Shown here: piece after piece, positions 52,412-64,000 of the stretch
Position numbering within the stretch: the stretch's first letter is position 1
How the letters are laid out: each line of letters opens with the position of its first letter
Source of the DNA: Camelus ferus
Lineage: Eukaryota
Reading direction: 5' to 3'
Assembly: GCF_009834535.1 (NCBI RefSeq)
Contig: NC_045696.1
Coordinates: 21,764,001 to 21,828,000, forward strand
Length of the DNA: 64,000 nt
Made by a program: the position numbers and the translations under genes
The notes under the pieces: model-generated
What the model was told of the DNA's origin: nothing
What the model saw: only the letters and a program-made list of their open reading frames with translations
Databases searched by the model: none

Positions 52412-53950
52412 TTCATTCATTCATTCATTCAGCCAATAGTTATTGGGTATCACCTACATGCTGTTTGGTGCCCTAAGCACTGGGGTACAGATCTGAACAA
52501 GGCTGACCAAAATCTCTGGCTCCTAGAGCTTAGAGTAGGGGAATACAAAAATAAACAAACTACATAATATATATCATATGCTAGTGGATGACACAAGTGC
52601 TATGGAACAAAATAAAGAATAGACAGAGTATGTGTGTCTGTGTCTGTGTGTGTGATCAGGATGCAAGGCAGCAAGCTATGTGAATATTTAAAGGAAGAGT
52701 ATTTCAGTCAGGGGTAAGAGCAGGGTTGGGGGAATGAGAATCTTTGAGGCAAAGCCAAAACTGTGCAGCTGGAACAGAATGCAATAGAAAAGCAGTAGGA
52801 GGCAGATCAGAGAGGCAATAAGGGCTAGAGATTGTAGCCTTAAAGACTATTTTAAGGACTTTAACTTTTACTCAATGATATGAAAGAATTTGGAGAAGTA
52901 ACATAACCTTTGATTGGGTTAGTCTGCCACTCTGACTACTGTCTTAAGATGACAAGGGATCAAGGGAAAATGCAAAGAAATCAGATTCAGGAGCTCAGAA
53001 TTAAGAGACTTTGCAGTAGCTCAGGTGATAAATGATGGTAGTTTGAACTAAGGTGGTAGCTGTGAAGGTGGTGAGAAGTGATCAATTTCTAGACATGGTT
53101 TGAAGGTACAGCTAAGGGATTGGATGGACTGGATGGATCTACTGTAGCTGTGAGAAAGAGCAGTCAAGATGTTCAACAACTGAATGAAAGGAGTTGTATT
53201 TACTGAGATGGAGGCAACTGGAAAGGAGGGATTTGGGGAGGGAAAATCAGGAGGTCAATTCTGAAATTGGTTGAGACGTTTCTTAGGCATCTGTGTGTAA
53301 TCATTGATTTTAAAAATTCTGGAGTTCAAAGAAAAGGGTGGAACTACAGATATAAATTTGGGAGTCATCAACATCTAAACTCTATGTGCAACTGTGAATG
53401 AAAAATGTTGTCTGTCACATCAGTAAACAAAGGATGTTGCAGCCATCAAGCCACTACAGCCGCCCTCAGCGTGCACCAGAGGGGACTCAGGATGGGAAAG
53501 AACAGGACACCGGCCATGATAGCTAAGGTGCTTATCAAAGGAGTGATTTCAGTGAGCCTTCCCATACATAGAAAACTGCTAAATTCCTTAACCTGAGATG
53601 TCTGGTTTTCTTTAATTAACAGCAGTCTTTTGATGTTCCGACTACCTGGTCTTTGTTGGAAAAACTCCTATATCCTGGCTTCTTCCCTACCTCTTTGGAG
53701 CAAGTCCCTCAGAGCTATCTGAGAGGCTGCCTCCTGGGCTTGAAGTCTTCAGAAAATCTGCCAAAGAAAACATAATTCTCAACTTTTAGGTTGTATATTT
53801 TCTCCAGTCGACGAAACCCCTAGGTATCATAGAAGACTACCAGGAGCTGAGAGGGATGCAAGTGTTTGTAGTAAGTGCAGAAGTGTCCACAATGAAGATG
53901 AGGTGAGGGCATTTCCTAGAAAAGCCAGGAATCCTAAGGGCTGGGAAAAA
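52412..53950 (-). mobile_element. L2 LINE 3' portion, interrupted by an ERV LTR
   Basis: (CATT)n tail then tattgggtatcacctac...taagcactgggg; purine-rich L2 body (gaactaaggtggtagctgtgaaggtggtgagaagtg; gatataaatttgggagtcatca). Confidence 0.8.
53393..53813 (+). mobile_element. ERV1-class solo LTR nested in L2
   Basis: Begins TGTGAA, ends CAGTCGACG (CA>CG); 4-bp flanks caac/aaac; TATA-like cctatat and LTR-like ccctcagagctatctgagaggctgcctcctgggc. Confidence 0.7.
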
Positions 53951-54249
53951 AGAGACATTGATGTTGCTTTTTGGCACCTGAGAGTCTCAGAGCCCCTGAA
54001 TTCCTCAAAGAGGAAAATCATTGGGTAACGTTCAAAATCTATGTTCATTAAACGGAAAAATCTGAATTGCATTTTAAAAGGTATTCTACTGTCAAGGTTT
54101 ACATATAAACATTAGTAAAAATTTTTTCACTTTCAGTAACTTGGAAAATCTATTCTGGGACATACGCCCTTACCGTTCCCACAACTGAAGCTTTACTACT
54201 ATCTCCACCTGAGATCTGGGTGGGACAATTAAGAAACTCAGAAAATAGG

Positions 54250-54458
54250 TAACAATCCTGCATCATGTGTTTGAAAGTTGCTAAGAAACTAGATCTTGTA
54301 AATTCTCATCACAAGAAAAAAAATTGTAATTACATGAGGTGATGTGTGTTAACTGAATTTATTGAGATAAACATTTTGCTATATGTCCGTAAATCATTAT
54401 GTTGTATACTTAAACTAAAACAATGTTATATATCAATTATATCTCAATAAAACTGGGA
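54250..54458 (+). mobile_element. L1MA9/10-like 3' end fragment
   Basis: ttgaaagttgctaagaaactagatctt...ttctcatcacaagaaaaaaaattgtaa...tcaattatatctcaataaaactggg. Confidence 0.8.
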
Positions 54459-56205
54459 GTGGGGGGGATTCTTAGGACAGCAAACTTGTTCTTTATTCTA
54501 TTCTTCTCCCCAATATGCTTATTGGGCTTCAAGAGAATTCAGAATTATATATTACTAATGCACTATACTATATGAACCTATCATCTGTAGCCTGAAGAAA
54601 TTATTCTTTTGGAAGCATATTAAAAAAAAAAAAAAAACCCAAGTGACATCCAATAAGTAAACTAAACCCCTCCTAGAAAATTTAAGTTTCACTGGAATTA
54701 AGCAATTAGATTTTCTCAATGGAGATCTTAATTCAGGAGTGTTTTGTGAAGGTATAAATAGGAGTGAGCAGATTATTGTCTTTCTAGAAGTTACAGTCTC
54801 ATTATGACCACAGAAGAATGGCTTCCAAGAGTTGCTTTGTTTGTACCCATCAGGGAAGGGAGAAAAGGAAAATATTTGAATAGTTTTATATGTTTTATTA
54901 AAAGGAAAGACTTTGTTATCACATAAAGCAGCCCAAACTCGACTGTTCCATGTTTTGAAACTCACTCAGGAGTGTTGAGTGTCTTTTCCGGTACTGGGTC
55001 TCAGACAGAAATAAGAAGATGCAATGGGGAAAATACCCTATGTTTTATGTTAAAAATAAACTAAATACCATAGAATGGCAGAATCTGACATTTAATGTAG
55101 TTGCAATATGTCTGGAAGTATGAATATTATTATCATAATTGATTTACCTATTCCCCTAGATAAGTGTAGTACTCATTTTAAAACAATCTTTTAGGACCAT
55201 GGTAGGATTTAGAGTCAAGAATCCATAATGATGTCTTAATAGTTTCTGGTAAGATGCTCATTTCTCTGAGTTTCTTTTCCATTTCAATAGCTACAACATT
55301 CATTTTTTAAAGTATACAGAATCTTCACTGGTGAACTGCAGAGATGCCTTGAGATTTTTTTATCTTAAGGTTTTAAAAATTTCTAAACAGTACAAAAAAG
55401 AAGAGGCAAAGTTTAGTTTTTTTCAGTGAGCTGGTTTTTTAAAAAGATTTCTTTCAGTCACTGACTTCTGCCGTAGTTATCACTTTAAAGAGCACTAAAA
55501 CTGTGTAATAGCAGACTCTGATTAATTTACTTTTAATTGAAATATTTTTATTGAGTCCATTTCCCAAATCCTGTAGCAGCTTTTAAGTAAGAATGACATA
55601 TTAACGCCATGATAGGCTATCTTGGCATACACTGCATACAAACAGAATTCTAAGATCTGTATCAATTGTTGGCCAAGATGGCATCTTTCTAAGAGGGACT
55701 CTCATGATGATCTCTTATTTATAAGGGTAATAATGGGGCCCACAAATTAGCATTTCATAAAATCAGTCATACGTTTGTGGATCAAGCTACCCACGTTGTC
55801 TAAAAATACTAAACTGCTTCTTTAACTGAAAGTCTATCAACTTACTCGCTAAACTGAGTATCTCATGCTGAGTAGAGCACAGTAGTACATGACTTTCATT
55901 CACATAAAATTAGTTATGTATTATTTTCTAAATATTATTTGGTGATCAAAACCATCCAAAATATGTGGTCAATGAAAGTAATTTAAAAATGCCCCTAAGT
56001 GAAAAACTTGGGAACGGCAGAATTTTAAGAAGCCATAATTAAAGACCCCAAATTAATACAATTGAAAATTCTTCAGAATTTCACTTATAACAAGAAAGTG
56101 CAATGTTGTCTAGAAATAAAACTTGAAAATGTAAATCCATAATGATGTTTCTCATGACAATTTAAATACAACTTAGAAGGGTGTTTGAAATTTTAAAGCA
56201 AACTA

Positions 56206-56738
56206 TTTTTTTTAGTTGAGCTATAGTCAGTTCACAATGTTGTGTCAATTTCCGTGTAGAGCACAATTTTTCAGTTATACATGAACACACATATATTCAT
56301 TGTTCCATTCTTTTTCACTGTGAGCTACCACAAGATCTTGTATATATTTCCCTGTGCTATACAGTATAATCTTGTTTATCTATTCTACATATGCCTGTCA
56401 GTATCTACAAATTTCAAACTCCCAGTCTGTCCCTTCCCACTCCCCTCCCCCCTGGCAACCACAAGTTTGTATTCTATGTTTACAAGTCTGTTTCTGTTTT
56501 GTATTTATGTTGATTTGTCCATTTGTCTTTTTCTTTCTTCTTTTTTATTTTATTTTTAAGATTCCACATATGAGTGATCTCATATGGTATTTTTCTTTCT
56601 TTTTCTGGCTTACTTCACTTAGAATAATATCCTCCAGGGACATCGATGTTGCTGCCAAGGGCATTATGTTGTCATTTTCAAGGCTGAATAGTATTGCATC
56701 ATTTAAATATACCACATCTTCTTTATCCAGTCATCTGT
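56206..56738 (-). mobile_element. Lineage-specific L1 3' end (3' UTR and end of ORF2)
   Basis: T tail, gagctatagtcagttcacaatgttgtgtc..., ccctgtgctatacagtataatcttg, ggcaaccacaagtttg, ttccacatatgagtgat...ctggcttacttcacttag. Confidence 0.9.
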
Positions 56739-58373
56739 TTATTTTTATGCATGCATACATTTTTACTTGTAAATTTTGGGGCCACCACTTAAGACATTTC
56801 AGAATTTTTTTCAAAATTTGAAGAAAAGAAAGATATATCAGCTGTCTCAGCTGATTTTTCCCTCATGTGAAGCCAATAGCTACTCAAATGCCTCAAACTT
56901 TGCTTCTAACTCTGCTCTTTCCCTCGTGATCACAAAAATTATAACTGAGTCAGGATCCTCTCAGATTTAAGCAAAACAAAATTCTTGTGAACCCAAAGAT
57001 CACCAAATAGTATAATTGAATCATTCTGATAATTTGAAAATTAATTTGATCTGCACATTCAAAACTGACTGAATTTAAAACTCAGTTTCATTTAATGATT
57101 GGATTAATCTTTACCATATAAAGTATTTTTGATTTATATTGGCTGACATTCTCTAACAATGATTTTTCAAGATGAACTTTCCTTTTAAATTATTCAAGTT
57201 AATCACTGACATTGAATGATAAGCTAGCTTTAGTAGATGTAGACACATGCAGGACATTCACCACCTATGTTAAATGATACAGGATATTATATGTCCAAGG
57301 ACCAAGATGGGTGAAGATGAAAATCTCATTTCACTTTGTTGAAAACCAAGTGACTTTTCTATTAACATTAGTTCATTCTGTCTGAAGTGAGAAGATTTAC
57401 ATAAAGTTACTAAGAAACATGAAATACTTAATTAAGGACTAATTCTCTGGTTGTGTATTTTTCATTTTTCACCTATGTTATCAGTGAATCATTTTAACTT
57501 AAAATGCATTATATAAAATGTATTAAAGAATCTAACCTCCCATTTTCTCAGAGATTATTAGAATAAAAAGTAATTTTTTAACAATTAAAAGAAGCTGTCA
57601 TAGATCCTTTAAGAAGTTTAATAAAAGATTATCTATATAATATAACTTCATCAAAATATGCTTCTGTCTTTCTCTGGTCTATATGAAAGGATGCACAACA
57701 TACACTTAAAGTGATTTTTTTAAAAGACCCTTAAATGAAAAACTTGGAAATGAGCACAATCTCTAAAATCCAAATGATTTTCTGCATTTAAAGGATGGAG
57801 TTTTAGAATATGAATTAAGTCAAATGATTTATTATATTAGTTATTCACTGTCCAATTAGAAATGGTTCCTGCCCTAGGTTAATATGTCAAGGAAAGAGAA
57901 CATTTTTCAAAATAAGCATGTATGAAATGCTTCGTTGTTCACTTCTGTAGCCAAGGAAGTTCACTAAGTCATCCTATCTTCTGGCCTTCAAACTAAAAGA
58001 CTTCTGTCATTAAATTAACACCAAATTAATAACCAAATTACCCTTCTGGGAACTCGGTTCAAATACAATACGACTAAATTTTGATTACCTTTTCCAAATC
58101 AGGTAAATCATTTTGTTCCATAAGAGCTTATTGAAATAAAAATGTATATGAACATTTTTGCAATCCCCTGTTAAATCCAAGCATCTCATTTTTTTAAAGC
58201 AATAATATGCTTACAGTCATGAAATAAGGAATGACTGCCAATACAAAAAGATTTGGCACCTTATTTTTAGTTAAGATTTAAATTTAGCTTCATCAAACTA
58301 ATAGCCTGGTTCTTTATATCATTGTTTTACTGATAGATATTAACCAGATATTATTCAGATATTAAAAATACTC

Positions 58374-58804
58374 TGCATTGGTTTGCTAGGGCTACCTTAG
58401 CAAATTACCACACTAGGTGACAACGCAATAGGTATTTATTCTCTCACAGTTCTGGAGGCTAGAAGTCTGAAATCAAAGCAATGGCAGAGCCATATTCCCT
58501 CTGAAGGCTCTACAGAAGAATCCTTCCTTGCTTCTTCCTAGCTTCTGGTGGCTCCCAGCCATCCCTGGCATTCTTTGGCCTGTAGCTGCCTCACTCCAAG
58601 CTTTGCCTCTGCCTTCGCATGGCCTTCTCCTTCTCTCTGTGTCTTCTCCTCTTCTTATAAGAACACCAGTCACTGGATTTAGGACCCACCTCAAGATCCT
58701 TAATTACATACACAAAGACACTTTTCAAATGAGATCACATCCACAGGCACTAGGAGTTAGAATTTAAACATATCTTTTTGAGTTATACAACTCAATGGAC
58801 TGCA
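58374..58804 (-). mobile_element. MLT1B/C-like MaLR solo LTR
   Basis: ctagggctacc...tttattctctcacagttctggaggctagaagtctgaaatcaa...cttcctagcttctggtggc...cttataagaacaccagtcactggatttagg. Confidence 0.88.
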
Positions 58805-59238
58805 GCCTCCAATTAAGTAATTAGGCTGAAAAACTGATTTGATTTCATTCCTTTTCTAAGAATTATTAAGGTTTTGCAAAATATATCAAGTGTTTAAAGT
58901 ATGTGAGAAATGAGATGGTGGGATATAGAGAGGAAAACTAGTTATCTTTGTTTATAATTACTTCTTTTTGTTGTTGGGGTTTTTTGTTTGTTTGTTTGTT
59001 TATAATTACTTCTTATTTTCTCCTTACTCTCTCTGAAATTAATATTTCTAACAGGATAAAAAGAAAAAAAATCTGACCCCCCACTGATAAAAGTACCTTC
59101 CTCATGAAAGAAACAAAAAGAGCAGGTAGAAATATTCTGTGTTAAGGTTATTACCTTAGGTAAACAGCTTACTTGAAAGTTCAATTTAACAGATTATTGA
59201 ATTCATTAATATTTCTAATTTAATACACATGTCAGTAG

Positions 59239-59348
59239 TTCTTTAGATATATCTAACATTTTTCATTATGTGAATTGATAAATTCTTTAGATATATCTAA
59301 CATTCTTTAGATATATCTAACATTTTTCATTGTATGAATTAATAAATT
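59239..59348. repeat. Local tandem duplication with three copies of TTCTTTAGATATATCTAACATT
   Basis: Copies centred on the palindrome TTAGATATATCTAA at 59243, 59287 and 59307. Confidence 0.9.
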
Positions 59349-59424
59349 TTATTGTCTTTATTGTATTATGGCTATGGCTATTGGAAAGATTTTTTTTTTA
59401 ATATCCTGAATCAACACTAAGCCA

Positions 59425-60253
59425 AAATCTCTAATGACTAGAATTCAAAAAGCTGGCAATACCAAATGCTGACAGGAATGCAGAGCAACAGGAACTCTCA
59501 TTCAATGTGAGTAAGAATGCAAAATTCTATAACCACTTCACAAGAGAGTTTGGCACTTTCTTACAAAAGTTTTATGAGATCCGGCAATCTAGCTCCTACA
59601 TACTTAACTCAGATAAGCTGAAGATTTACATCCACTTAAAACTCTGGACGTGAATTACAGAAGCTTTGTTCATAATTGCCAAAAGCTGGAAGCAACCAAG
59701 ATGGCCTTTAAAAGTGAGTAGGAAAACAGTGGTACATCCATACAATGGTGTGTTATTCAGCAATAAGAAGAAATGTGCTATCAACTCATGGAAAGACATG
59801 GAGGAAACTTAAATGAATACTGCCAAAAAAAAAAAAAATCTGAAAAGCCTACCTACTACATGATTCCAAATACATGACATTTTTGAAAAGGCAAAGCTAT
59901 GTTGACAGTAAAAATCAGTGATTATCAGAAGTTCAGGGTAGGAGGGGATGGATGAATATGTAGAGCACAGGCATTTCAAGGCAATGAAGCTACACTGCAC
60001 AATATCATAATGGTGAATACATGACATTCTGCATCAGCCAAAAAACCACGGAACTACAGAGTGAACCCTAATATAAACGATGGAACTTAGTTAACAATGT
60101 GTCACTATTGGTAGTTGTAAGAAATGTACCATACTAATCAAGATGTTAATATGAGAAACTGTGAGGAGAGGAAGTATATGGGAAAGAAACATTCTGTACT
60201 CAATTTTCTGCAAATCTACAACCGTTTTAAAAATTAAAGTTTATTAATAATAA
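59425..60253 (+). mobile_element. L1MC1/2-like 3' fragment
   Basis: caataccaaatgctgacaggaatgcagagcaacaggaactctcattc...aagcaaccaagatg...gagtgaaccctaatataaac...ctcaattttctgcaaatcta. Confidence 0.85.
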
Positions 60254-63157
60254 AATTGTGTTTCTTTGTATCCTGAATCAAGTTTGATTGAAACAATGCA
60301 GCCCTTGAGAGTTACCTAGGATTACACTCCTGACCCCATGATGCCTGGTCTAGGAGCAATCATTCTGTTTTCCTCTTTTGTATATTTTCTGGAGCTCTGT
60401 TACAATGGTATCTAAAAGTCAGCAAATAAATCAAATCTGTATTTGAGAACTAAATCTCTAAATGTAAACTTAGCATTTTAGATTTTCTATGCAGCAGGAA
60501 ATTACTTAATCAATTTATTTTAATTCTTTGGCCTGTAGGATCTCTCTCAATATCTTTAAAATGGCATCAGACAGGGGCCGAATTTTTTTTAAAATGCCAT
60601 TTCCTATTAATTTTATAATATTTTCTATTCATGAACAATTGCATGTGTTAATGACAGCATTGATACTCTGACGTGTGCTTAGTTTCCCATTTCCTCTATC
60701 TTTGGGCAGTCGCTGGGGCAGAGCTATTTGTGCCACAGAACGTACCTTTTCCCTCTTGGTGATGTTATTACTGCCTGTGTTCGAAGGTTTCTATGTTGTG
60801 TAATAATGCAGGACATATAAATATAAGGAGCACATTTTGGAGCCACAGAGGAAAATAAAGAATTCTCTCCAAGAATGTTAGTTCTATCCTGCTACAATAC
60901 TACCACAAACACCAGCAAAAATTTTAAAGTGTAGAACATTGAGAAAACCTGCTCTTTGGGAGTCTGTAGATTTTGTTTTGTCTGGGGACAAATGATGCCA
61001 AAAAACAATGTCAAATCACACCAACTAAATTTATTAGTTTCTATGAAGCTTATTATTTTAAATAACTATTATACTGCCTTCTGTTTTTAAACACCATTTC
61101 ATAAGACTTTATAAGTTATATGGTAGAATTTGAGACATAAAGGGGGAAACAGAACAGTTTATTGAAATCGTCTATTTTAACCTTGTTGCAACATTTACGT
61201 GATCTGTGGAATGAAGCATATGATCTTGCTTTTGATTTTCTATTTCCCCAAGATTAATAAAATGTAAAGCCTCCATAAACTATTATACCTACCTAGGGAA
61301 TATGGAGTTCTTTGTATAATGCGCTACATAGCATTTAACTGAAAAATCGAATTAAGTAGAACCATAGATGACAGAGGCATCTACGTGCTTTCAATTGTCT
61401 GTTATTTGCTGACCTGTAGATAACTTTCAGTTTGCTATTTTCAAATAATAAAGCTCACTAATAACAATGGCTTTTCATTAACTAAATGCCCTGTGATCAT
61501 CAACTGAACTGCCTGCCTCTCTCCTTAATGGTGGCCCAAAATGCTTAGGTAAGTTTAAACTATCATGAAATATTTATTTGGCTGCATTTGCAAATTATAT
61601 AGTACTCACATGAGTAATTGTGAAGTAGACAAAGCTTCCCTTTCAGCTTACATGTTTGGTTTCCCTTCCTCTCATTTGATGGTCCTTTGTCCAGATGCCT
61701 TTTGCTCCATTGCCATTTCCTTGGCTTCCTCAGGACTTGTATTGTGGCAACTCTATATGGCATCCAGTGTGCTATAGAGTTGGGTATTTTCCCAAGACTC
61801 CTTGGCAAGGGCATGAGCTCTCGACAAGCAGTGGTGGCCCCACTGTGTAGGCTGCTGCAGCCTTTATCAGCTTAGGGTTAGTTGTGCAAAGCAGGCATGG
61901 CTGAGGCAAAGATTACAAAGAAAAACATACTGGTGACAGGAAATTATTAGTGTTAGGGTTAGATACACTTCTCCAGTTAAGTTACTCATGTTATCTTGAT
62001 CCACCTATCTTTAAGGCAAGGAACGAACTTTGGAGGAGCTAAATTTGGATTCCTATTGTTTGTTCATAAGCTCAAAGATCACTACACCACACGGTCTCAC
62101 TTTGTCTCTAAACAGTCTTAGTACATATGAGAGAGTAAACTTCCCAAGGATGCAGCCTTGTCGGACTTAGTGATTCCACAGAAAGAGGTAATAGAAACAG
62201 CTAGTGTGCACAAGACTAAAGATACCTGCTCATGAGAGATGGCCAAAGTGTTACACTGCTGAATATCACCCACACTTGGTTCAGTACTGGAGTGGCAGAA
62301 ACAAAGTGTTTAAGCAAAAATTTAAATTAGGAGGGTAATGTGCTGAGAAAGGAAACTCAAGTAAGACCTGTGATGGGGGTTTCTAGCACTGCACATTTTA
62401 AACTTTGCAAGATGACCATTTTTCCCACATGCCCTTTTTTTTTTTTGAGAGAGGAGATAGTATTTGCCATAATCCAAATATTGCAGATCCATGTTGCCAA
62501 AATTAACTTGTCCCGGTAGAGTTCCAGTTCATTGTCAAGCTCTGGGTTAAGGACAACTGGCAGCAACTGCTATCCTGGCAAAAACAACACAGAGATGGTA
62601 TCCTCAGATACCACTGAGTCCCTGTTATGCTCCTTGGCAAAAGATACTGGGTTCTGGAAGCATAAATTGGCCTGAGGTAACTGCTCATGAAGATGGAAAT
62701 TTGCTTGTTTTTTAAATTAGTGTGATTGAGGCCATTGCTGTGGTAATCTACATCTTATTAAGTCTCTGGTCTGTTTAAAAAGTCAAGCGTATCGAACTTG
62801 GTTTTGAGAATATGGAAGCCACTGTGTGAGTGACCCCCGCAGAAGGCTCCCACTGAGGCTGGTGAAGCAGCCCAGCTCTTTGTGCACCGAGAGTATCCCT
62901 TATTGAGACTCGAGAAAGACCGTGGTGAAGCCTTCAGACTTTTCACTCACAAAGGAGAAAAGGATTTTGGGTTTCAATCTTTTGGCCACTGGATTTTAAC
63001 TTGCAAAGGAAATGTTTGAACATTAATTTTCCCCATAAAATTAATGGGGTAGACATTCAAATTTGTAATATTCCTATGTTGCTACCATTTTGTTACTGAA
63101 CTATAAGCATTTCTCGAAGTATCTTTATGCTACATTTATTGAAATATAAAGAACTTC

Positions 63158-63351
63158 CTTATTTTTTTGAAATATAATCAGTTACAATGTATCCATTTGT
63201 GGTGCATAGCATAATGTCCCAGTCATGCATATATATGTATATATATTCATCTTCATATTTTTTCATTAAAGGTTATTACAAGATATTGAATATAGTTCCC
63301 TGTGCTATACAGAGAAATTTGTTTTTTATCTATTTAAATTTTTTATTGAAG
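63158..63351 (-). mobile_element. ~190-bp L1 3'-end insertion with perfect 17-bp TSD
   Basis: GAAATATAAAGAACTTC at 63141-63157 and 63352-63368; body ggttattacaagatattgaatatagttccctgtgctataca. Confidence 0.85.
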
Positions 63352-64000
63352 GAAATATAAAGAACTTCTGATGCAACTGGATAAAATTTTAGGTAAATAA
63401 AAGAATGAATTTTCAACGTTAATTGTGTAGTGATCGTGGAGTCAATTTCATTACTGTCCTGTTCTGACCATTTTAAGAGTCTTTTGTTCCCAGAAAGATA
63501 CCCATAGAAGCAAGGGTTGGGATCAGGGGAGTGAGGCCATGAAGGTGGCAGCTGGAGACTCTTCTGGGATTTGGCTAATCTCGGAAGGCTTTATCCACAC
63601 ACGACAGACAAGATAATTTTGGCACTGTGGTACCACTTCTGGATAATACCCTACCTCTGCAAACTATATTTCCTCTCTAAGAGAAGGGCATCTGAAGAAA
63701 AAACTGCTGCCTTCATTTGAAATTTAACAGAGAATAAGGCTTTGGAAAATATTAAGAAAAAAATGACTGTTTTCTTCCACGTGGAAGTTGATCAGAGAGT
63801 AATGTTCCCAGCCTCCCTCCACGCCCTGTACTCACTCTGCCCAAAGGGAGAAGCAGTGACTTTTCTAATTGTAAACATGATAAGGACATCATGGGCTTAA
63901 TGGGCTCAGCTGTTTTTTCCTCAGGAGCTGCTTTTTGCCTGTAGGATGGAGACCTTCTCTGCTTCTACAGCAGGATTTTAACTTAATGGTAAGAGACTTC

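Noticed and set aside
56281..56821. 155-aa and 92-aa hydrophobic ORFs
   Set aside because: Antisense reading of an L1 3' UTR
59239..59348. CRISPR-like palindromic direct repeats
   Set aside because: Only three copies, no unique regular spacers, no cas genes, mammalian context
62480..62950. GC-elevated block with short ORFs (possible exon or pseudogene)
   Set aside because: The frames I read close quickly and show no recognisable protein similarity; a distal non-coding CHODL exon or regulatory element cannot be supported from sequence alone

Overview
AT-rich mammalian genomic DNA, most likely camelid (alpaca/llama/camel) because it carries tRNA-Ala-derived Vic-1-type SINEs. It is syntenic to human 21q21. 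It holds the last coding exon and 3' UTR of TMPRSS15 (enteropeptidase, + strand, 3662-3817). Tail-to-tail with it lies the complete six-exon CHODL (chondrolectin) gene on the - strand (ATG 25618, stop 7403; 79+310+158+87+103+85 = 822 nt = 273 aa + stop, all GT-AG introns). CHODL has a TATA-containing CpG-island promoter near 26.0 kb. The remaining ~38 kb upstream of CHODL shows no recognisable coding sequence and is scattered with L1, L2, MIR, MaLR/ERV LTRs, Tigger and hAT relics and microsatellites. There is no CRISPR array or prokaryotic system, and I found no wholly new system. The best second-look items concern CHODL isoforms and regulation: a candidate alternative first exon giving a signal-peptide-less MQICAHS- start; a 3'-UTR QDEL* relic that is out of frame for the exon-5-skipped soluble isoform here; a single uORF; and several transcription-factor motif clusters. 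Repeat family names and comparisons with human sequences are from memory, not from database searches.
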